A stretch of 32,437 bases of DNA from an uncultured Actinomycetes bacterium (GTDB lineage: Bacteria; Actinomycetota; Acidimicrobiia; Spongiisociales; DATADW01), in contig CAWGRK010000010.1 in NCBI GenBank assembly GCA_963824995.1, positions 334,081 to 366,517 on the forward strand, written 5' to 3'. The number at the start of each line of letters is the position of its first letter. Within the stretch, counting starts at the first letter, position 1. Of this stretch, positions 26,845 through 32,437 are shown in pieces. A model generated the notes under the pieces. The model did no database searches. It was given only the letters and a program-made list of their open reading frames with translations, and was not told where the DNA came from. The translations under genes were made by a program, and so were the position numbers.

Positions 26845-28170
26845 ATGGACAAACAGGCCGAGTATGTGATGCGCACGGTCGAAGAGCGGGGCATCCGCTT
26901 TGTCCGCCTGTGGTTCACCGACGTCCAGGGATTCCTCAAGTCGGTCTCGATCAGCCCGGCGGAGCTGGAGGTGGCCTTCGACGAAGGGATGACCTTCGAC
27001 GGATCGGCCATCGACGGTTACGCCAGGGTGCAGGAAGCCGACATGCTCGCCCGTCCCGATCCTTCCACCTTTCAGATACTCCCCTGGCGCCCCGAGCAGC
27101 AGGTCGCCCGAATGTACTGCGACATCGTGTCCCCCGACGGCCAGCCTTTCGAGGGCGATCCTCGACATGTGCTCAAACGAAACCTGGAGCGGGCGGCACG
27201 TCTCGGGTACACCTTCTACGTCGCACCCGAGTTGGAGTACTTCTACTTCGAGGACTCCTCGCCCGACCCCAAGGTGCTCGACCATGGCGGCTACTTCGAC
27301 CAGACGCCGCTCGACGTCGCCCAGGAATACCGGCGCCAGACGATCAATGCCCTCGAGCAACTCGGGATACCGGTCGAGTACTCGCATCACGAAGTGGCAC
27401 CCAGCCAGCACGAGATCGACCTCCGTTACACCGATGCCCTCACCATGGCGGACAACGTGATGACCTACCGGCTCACCGTGAAGGAAATCGCCCTCGAGCA
27501 CTCCATCTACGCCACCTTCATGCCCAAACCGCTCGAGGCGCACGACGGGAGCGGTTTCCACATGCATCTCTCGCTCTTCGAGGGTGACCGCAACGCCTTC
27601 CACGAGCCGGGATCGCCCAACGGGTTGTCCAAGGTCGGCGAGGGGTTCATCGCCGGGTTGTTGCGCCATGCCCGCGAGCTAACCGCGGTGACCAACCAGT
27701 GGGTCAACTCCTACAAGCGGCTCGTGGCCGGTTTCGAGGCGCCCATATACGTCTTCTGGGCGCGCAACAACCAATCGGCTCTGGTGCGTGTGCCAACCAT
27801 CAAGAAGGGAAAGACCTCGAGCACCCGGGTGGAATACCGGGCGCCCGACGCAGCATGCAACCCCTATCTGGCGTTCTCCGTGCTCCTCGCCGCCGGGCTG
27901 GCAGGTATCGAGAACAACTACGAACTCCCCCCCGAGGTGATGGGGAACGTGTTCGAGATGACGGCCAGCGAGCGTGCCGCGATCGGAATCGAGCGGCTGC
28001 CTGCAACGCTCTCCCACGCCATCGACGACATGGAGAGGTCCGAGTTGGTGGCGGAGGCGCTGGGTGAGCACGTCTTCGGATGGTTCCTCCGCAACAAGCG
28101 AGCCGAGTGGGACCGCTTTCAGCACCATGTCTCCCGCTTCGAGCTCGAGAACTACCTACCGATCCTGTAA
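26845..28170 (+). CDS. glnA2: Glutamine synthetase family protein, actinobacterial GlnA2 type
   Basis: MDKQAEYVMRTVEERGIRFVRLWFTD N-terminus, FDGSAIDG, HHEVAPSQHEID, NQWVNSYKRL and RVEYRAPD. Confidence 0.9.
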   Translation: MDKQAEYVMRTVEERGIRFVRLWFTDVQGFLKSVSISPAELEVAFDEGMTFDGSAIDGYARVQEADMLARPDPSTFQILPWRPEQQVARMYCDIVSPDGQPFEGDPRHVLKRNLERAARLGYTFYVAPELEYFYFEDSSPDPKVLDHGGYFDQTPLDVAQEYRRQTINALEQLGIPVEYSHHEVAPSQHEIDLRYTDALTMADNVMTYRLTVKEIALEHSIYATFMPKPLEAHDGSGFHMHLSLFEGDRNAFHEPGSPNGLSKVGEGFIAGLLRHARELTAVTNQWVNSYKRLVAGFEAPIYVFWARNNQSALVRVPTIKKGKTSSTRVEYRAPDAACNPYLAFSVLLAAGLAGIENNYELPPEVMGNVFEMTASERAAIGIERLPATLSHAIDDMERSELVAEALGEHVFGWFLRNKRAEWDRFQHHVSRFELENYLPIL

Positions 28171-28201
28171 TGGGTACTGGGTTCTGAGTAATGGGTAGAT
28201 C
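28167..28201 (+). repeat. 7-bp tandem repeat (GTAATGG-like)x5 starting at the glnA2 stop
   Basis: gtaatgg gtactgg gttctga gtaatgg gtagatc. Confidence 0.65.
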
Positions 28202-28264
28202 CCGATCCTGGGAGTTGCAGCCCGTGAGGACCTCATACTCGGCAAGCCACGATGGTGGTGGACC

Positions 28265-28903
28265 GTGAACATTGCGGTCTGGCCGGCAGGGGCCTCCACG
28301 GGGTTGCTCAGGGCGATGGCCCTGGCCGGGTTCGAGCCGGTGCCGGTCGTCGACCTGGCCGAGGCCGACCGTGACCTGGTGAGCGAGTGGGAGGCACTGG
28401 TGGTCGAGTTGGACGACGACGCCCCCCTCCAGCTCCGGACCGTGCTCAGGGTCAGCCAGGAGTTTGGTGTGCCCGTGCTCATCGCCGCCGGCCGCGACCA
28501 CGCCATGCTGCTGGAGAACGCCGGCGCAGGCACCGACTTCCTGCTCAACCCTGCCGATCCGATCGAGATCGGGCTCCGGCTGCGGCGGATCATCCGCTCC
28601 GAGCCAGCCGACCACGTGGTCCATTTCAAGGATCTGGTCATCAACACCGCCACCTACCAAGCGGCTGTGGCGGGGCGGCCGGTAGACCTCACCTACATGG
28701 AATACGAACTGCTCCGCTTCTTCGTCGAGCACCAGGGACGGGTCTGGAGCCGCGAACAGCTCCTATCGAAGGTATGGGGCTACGACTACTACGGCGGGGC
28801 GAGGACGGTTGATGTTCACGTGAGACGGTTGCGCTCCAAGCTGGGCGAGGAACGCGCCAGTTGGATCACGACTGTCCGATCGGTGGGTTATCGCTTCGGC
28901 TGA
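28265..28903 (+). CDS. glnR: GlnR-like orphan OmpR-family regulator
   Basis: C-terminal DLTYMEYELL...VWGYDYYGGARTVDVHVRRLRSKLG...TVRSVGYRF is typical of GlnR. Degenerate receiver domain; adjacent to the gln genes and GlnR boxes. Confidence 0.8.
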   Translation: MNIAVWPAGASTGLLRAMALAGFEPVPVVDLAEADRDLVSEWEALVVELDDDAPLQLRTVLRVSQEFGVPVLIAAGRDHAMLLENAGAGTDFLLNPADPIEIGLRLRRIIRSEPADHVVHFKDLVINTATYQAAVAGRPVDLTYMEYELLRFFVEHQGRVWSREQLLSKVWGYDYYGGARTVDVHVRRLRSKLGEERASWITTVRSVGYRFG

Positions 28904-28925
28904 CGCCGGACCTGCGCCGACCCGG

Positions 28926-28972
28926 TTTTGGCGTCAACCGACGCGGCGCTACCCCTTCAAGTGACGCCAAAA
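28926..28972. repeat. 11-bp inverted repeat between convergent genes
   Basis: TTTTGGCGTCA-N25-TGACGCCAAAA. Confidence 0.65.
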
Positions 28973-28978
28973 GTGTGT

Positions 28979-29320
28979 TTAGCTCGAGAGGGATACCACC
29001 ATGCGACGAATCTGCGGGCCGTCGGTTTCGATCCGCATCTCGCCGGCGACCCTGTCGGGCTCCGATGCCCAGCGGAAATCGGCCACGATTTCGCTCCCCT
29101 CCTGACGGACCGACTCCACTGCGATACGGTCGTCGGGAGGCTGGTCGAAATATGCGGCGGCGATGGATTCGCGCCCGACGAAAGGCCCGAAGCGCTCACC
29201 CTCGAAGCGGAGCTCGGCGTCGGGAGCGAAGCGGACCAGCATCGGGCCGAAGTCGCCGGTCCGCACGCCATGGTTGAAATCCTCGACGTGACTCTCGATT
29301 AGCGTCATCAGGTCGCTCAT
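28979..29320 (-). CDS. SnoaL/NTF2-like small protein
   Basis: HVEDFN...GD...FAPDAEL...GPFVGRESIAAAY. Start 29320 lies 8 nt after TAGCCT. Confidence 0.72.
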   Translation of the reverse strand: MSDLMTLIESHVEDFNHGVRTGDFGPMLVRFAPDAELRFEGERFGPFVGRESIAAAYFDQPPDDRIAVESVRQEGSEIVADFRWASEPDRVAGEMRIETDGPQIRRMVVSLSS

Positions 29321-29407
29321 GGAGATAAAGGCTACCTTTGGGTCGGTATTCACGCCCTCGATCGGTGGTCGCGCTTCAGCAGGGACAACCCCGCAACCCG
29401 GTCGCAC

Positions 29408-29896
29408 CTAGTCCATGGTGACGGAGAGGCGCTCGTCGGTGGAGTCGGCGAGGATGAAGTGGGCCGTTGCAATCGCTTCGTAGAGTCGTAGCCGGCGGGG
29501 TGGAGTGACCTCTTCGCGGCTCCATTCGTCGAGACCCTCGGAAACCAACTTACGGGCGTAGATCTCCATGCCCTCATCGATCCGATCATCCGCCACCAGG
29601 CCGGCAGTGGCCTCGACATACACGGCCTGGCGGTCATCGGGCGTCGTCTGCGAGTCGTAGATCACGATGGCGACGTCGGGCCGAGCGGCGATGTTCTGCG
29701 AGTGCCTGGCGGTGGGCCGCGAGACCCACAGAAAGCGCCGACCATCGGGACTTGCGAACCACACAGGCGTCGCCCATGGCGTCCCTGACTCGTCGGCGGT
29801 ACCCAGCGTCATGAAGCGGTTGGCGGCGATTACCGATCGCAGAATGCGCCGGCGCTCCTCGCCGTCTCGATCGTTATCCACCACTACCGATGTCAT
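29408..29896 (-). CDS. Pyridoxamine 5'-phosphate oxidase-like (flavin/F420-binding split barrel) protein
   Basis: FMTLGTADESGTPWATPVWF...WVS...RHSQNI...P.VAIVIYDS. Confidence 0.85.
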   Translation of the reverse strand: MTSVVVDNDRDGEERRRILRSVIAANRFMTLGTADESGTPWATPVWFASPDGRRFLWVSRPTARHSQNIAARPDVAIVIYDSQTTPDDRQAVYVEATAGLVADDRIDEGMEIYARKLVSEGLDEWSREEVTPPRRLRLYEAIATAHFILADSTDERLSVTMD

Positions 29897-29922
29897 CGCC
29901 CTGCCCGCATGTGGCTCAACGG

Positions 29923-29952
29923 AGAGGCGGGGCGCTGAACGCGCCCCGCCTC
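29923..29952 (-). terminator. Strong hairpin downstream of the kelch gene
   Basis: GAGGCGGGGCGC-tgaac-GCGCCCCGCCTC. Confidence 0.7.
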
Positions 29953-29972
29953 ATCCGCCCCTCCATCCGCTC

Positions 29973-32437
29973 TCAGTCAGGCACCTCGACCGCCGTGATG
30001 TCGTTGGCGTCCAAGCCGAGGCTGGAGCCATCGAGCAGCAGGTCGGGCAAGAAGCTGCCGGCAGTGTCCGGTCCAAGTGAGGTCGGGTCGAAGACGACGA
30101 CATCGTCATCATCGGCGGTCAGACCGGGCACCGATAGCGCGCCCCTGGTGCTGAGTGCGATCGAGCCGGCTGCGTCCACCGCTGCCGCATCGACGTTCTC
30201 GCCGGAGCCGCTCAGGCCGACATCGCTTCCATCGAAGTGGAATGCCCAGGTGCCCGCGGTGTCATCACCGAGCGACTCGGGGGTGAAGGCCAGCATGTCC
30301 TCGGGTCGGACCCGAATACCGCTGACGGTCGCCTGCCCCTCGGTCGACACCAGGATGGTGCCGTCGGCCAGCACCTCGATGGCGTCGACGTCCTCACCTT
30401 CTCCGTTCAGGTCCACGTCGTTGCCGTCGAACCAGAGACTCCACACACCACCCTGATAGATGACGATGTCGGCGTCGTCTACTTCTCCGGTTATCCCCGG
30501 CACCGAGGTCGGGTTGCGAAAGGAGAGCATCAGGGCGTCTTCGGTGTGGGCGAAGCCGTCGATGACGGCGCGGTCGGGCAGCCCGGCATCGCTGCCGTCG
30601 AAGGCAAGCTCCACGCTCCCGTCGCTGTTCACCGCCACGATGTCCTGCCTTGTCACCGTCAGGTCACCGACGGTGCCGTTGTTCTCCAGCACGATCCAGG
30701 CTGTCACCTCTGTCTCGACCTCGCCCTCCACCGTGAAGGTGACCGGCACCAGGAACTCTGGGGCACCCGGATCGGTGGTGGTGATTATCAGCGTCGCCTC
30801 GTATGTCCCCTCTTCGAGACCGGTGGCGTCAACCGTCACCGTGACAGTGGTGCTGCTGTCACCAGCTACCTCGCCCTCGTTCGGCTCGACCGACAGCCAC
30901 GGCACGTCCTCCGGCACATCAAAGGGCGCCTCCTCGATGACGAACTGGAACGCCCCGGCCCCGGTGTTGGTCAGAGTGAGCTCGGCGCTGTCGGTCCCGC
31001 CCTCGGGCACGGTGAACTCCAAGCTCTCCGGTGTGACGTCGGCGCATGGTGCGTCGAGCCGCAGGGTGAAGTCCAGGGTGGTGGTCTCACCGGCGGTCAC
31101 CGTCACCTCACCGGTTTGGGTGACATAGCCGTCGATGGTGACCGTGACCGGGTAGGTGCCCTCCTCGAGCCACCACTCGTACACGCCATCACCATCGGTC
31201 TCCACCACGAAGTCACCGATCTGGACGGTTGCGCCCGCCAGGGGCGACCCCGGCTCGTCGCAGCGCAACAGTCCGAACACGGTGCCGGTCACCTTGCCCA
31301 AGTCCGGCGGGGTGCAGCCCTCACCGGAGGTAGATCGGTAGAAGGTTCGACCTGTAACGCTCGGGGGGGTTCCGGTCCCGGCCACCGACCAGATCTCGCC
31401 GCCCACCACCGCTTCGGTGCAGGCTCCGGCGCGGTTCGCGGTCAGCGCCTCAGGAAGCGGATCCACCTCTTCCCAGGCGCCAGATGGCCACGCGCTGACG
31501 TCGAGCCGCTCGACCAAGGCCGAAGGATCGAAGGGACCACCCGCGTCGGCATCTCCGCCGGCGGCGTAGATGGCGGTACCGGTGGCGGACAGCGCCAGGT
31601 CACTGCGGGCACTCTCGAAGGTCGGCCCTGTCTCCCAGGCGTCGGCTGCGATGTCGTAACGCTGGGTGACATCGACATTGTTCGATGCGTTCTCGCCCCA
31701 CCCGCCGACCACGAACAGCAGCTCGCCTGACTGGGCGTAGCCGGGCGTGCTCGCGGCCGCTGGCATCGGGGCCCCGGTAGTCCAGGTGTCGGATGCCGGG
31801 TCGTAGATGTTCACCTCGTCGGACGGCTCGCCGAAGAAGAAGTCGGCGTCACCTCCGGCGAGCACGACCTTGCCGTCAAAGGCGGCGGCGGCGGCGCCCC
31901 ACACCGGCCGTGGGACCGGGGCGGCGGCTGTCCACGTGTCGGTTGCGACGTCGTAGACGAAGTGCCGGTTGGTGCCGTCACCGCCCATCACGTGGATCTT
32001 CCCCTCCAGACAGGCCGCGCTTGGGCCTTCGCCTCCTTCCGGCACCGGGGCCAACTCGGTCCAGGTGTCGGTGTCGGCGTCGTAGCGCCACGAGGCGTCG
32101 GTGACTGTGAGGGTCCCGTCAACGCCGGCGAAGATGTAGAAGCTGGTGGCGCCGTTGTCCTCGCACTGGGCGTGGGCGTAGCGCACCAGCCCACCGGGCA
32201 GCGGGGAGACCTCGAACCACGGTGGGGCGTTGATGCCTGCTCGGTCGCCTGCCGGTCCTGGGTCGAGCGAGCGGACCGAGAGCTCACCAATCTCGGCGGG
32301 CGCCGAGAAGGTCCCGTCGAACCCGAGGATCTCGCGACCCGGTCCCGCTCGGTGATCTCGAACTCGGTCGCAATGGGGAAGTTCTGTGCACCCACCGGGG
32401 CGACCAACACCATTAAGAGGACGAGAGTGTTGCCGAC
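29973..32437 (-). CDS. Secreted multidomain protein: kelch propeller, carboxypeptidase-regulatory-like domain, Ig/BACON-like domain, C-terminal FDGSD-repeat domain; 5'-partial
   Basis: Kelch repeats (GG...YD....W), GKVTGTV...G.Y, PWLSVEP..G, and FDGSD/FDGND repeats. The frame stays open beyond 32186 to the window edge. A signal-peptide-like stretch (TLVLLMVLVAPVGA) lies in another frame, suggesting a frameshift near 32340. Confidence 0.8.
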   Translation of the reverse strand, partial: RQHSRPLNGVGRPGGCTELPHCDRVRDHRAGPGREILGFDGTFSAPAEIGELSVRSLDPGPAGDRAGINAPPWFEVSPLPGGLVRYAHAQCEDNGATSFYIFAGVDGTLTVTDASWRYDADTDTWTELAPVPEGGEGPSAACLEGKIHVMGGDGTNRHFVYDVATDTWTAAAPVPRPVWGAAAAAFDGKVVLAGGDADFFFGEPSDEVNIYDPASDTWTTGAPMPAAASTPGYAQSGELLFVVGGWGENASNNVDVTQRYDIAADAWETGPTFESARSDLALSATGTAIYAAGGDADAGGPFDPSALVERLDVSAWPSGAWEEVDPLPEALTANRAGACTEAVVGGEIWSVAGTGTPPSVTGRTFYRSTSGEGCTPPDLGKVTGTVFGLLRCDEPGSPLAGATVQIGDFVVETDGDGVYEWWLEEGTYPVTVTIDGYVTQTGEVTVTAGETTTLDFTLRLDAPCADVTPESLEFTVPEGGTDSAELTLTNTGAGAFQFVIEEAPFDVPEDVPWLSVEPNEGEVAGDSSTTVTVTVDATGLEEGTYEATLIITTTDPGAPEFLVPVTFTVEGEVETEVTAWIVLENNGTVGDLTVTRQDIVAVNSDGSVELAFDGSDAGLPDRAVIDGFAHTEDALMLSFRNPTSVPGITGEVDDADIVIYQGGVWSLWFDGNDVDLNGEGEDVDAIEVLADGTILVSTEGQATVSGIRVRPEDMLAFTPESLGDDTAGTWAFHFDGSDVGLSGSGENVDAAAVDAAGSIALSTRGALSVPGLTADDDDVVVFDPTSLGPDTAGSFLPDLLLDGSSLGLDANDITAVEVPD

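Noticed and set aside
1..32437. Prophage, IS element, defence system or biosynthetic cluster
   Set aside because: No integrase, transposase, nuclease, RT, cas, PKS or NRPS motifs seen; the acyl-CoA ligase lacks a carrier protein or partner genes.

Overview
High-GC chromosomal segment, most likely from an actinobacterium of the Acidimicrobiia type (inferred from GlnR, the glnA/glnA2 pair, many leaderless genes and a Cys-containing SLH protein). Gene order: purM (5'-truncated), class III aminotransferase, lipoprotein, putative papain-fold protein, SLH surface protein, acs, lnt, suhB-like IMPase, amidohydrolase, SDR, M3 oligopeptidase, a 65-aa Cys3His protein, csoR-copZ-copA, DUF4282-like protein, TetR/acyl-CoA ligase, ltrA, DoxX-like protein/HTH regulator, PEP-mutase-family and ABM-family proteins, divergent glnA and glnA2-glnR, NTF2-like and PPOX-like proteins, and a kelch surface protein running off the right edge. 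Five genes carry six single-base +1 frameshifts, probably sequencing or assembly errors. No transposase, integrase, CRISPR array, tRNA or rRNA was seen. The most unexplained signals are non-coding: (i) a self-contained unit at 15476-15897 made of an ECF-type promoter, a structured leader, a small basic zinc-finger-like protein and twin C-rich 6C-like hairpins; (ii) a ~150-nt rod-like RNA candidate at 10086-10234 with 6S-like features; (iii) several families of intergenic palindromes and 7-bp tandem repeats. All calls come from reading the sequence by eye; no searches were run.
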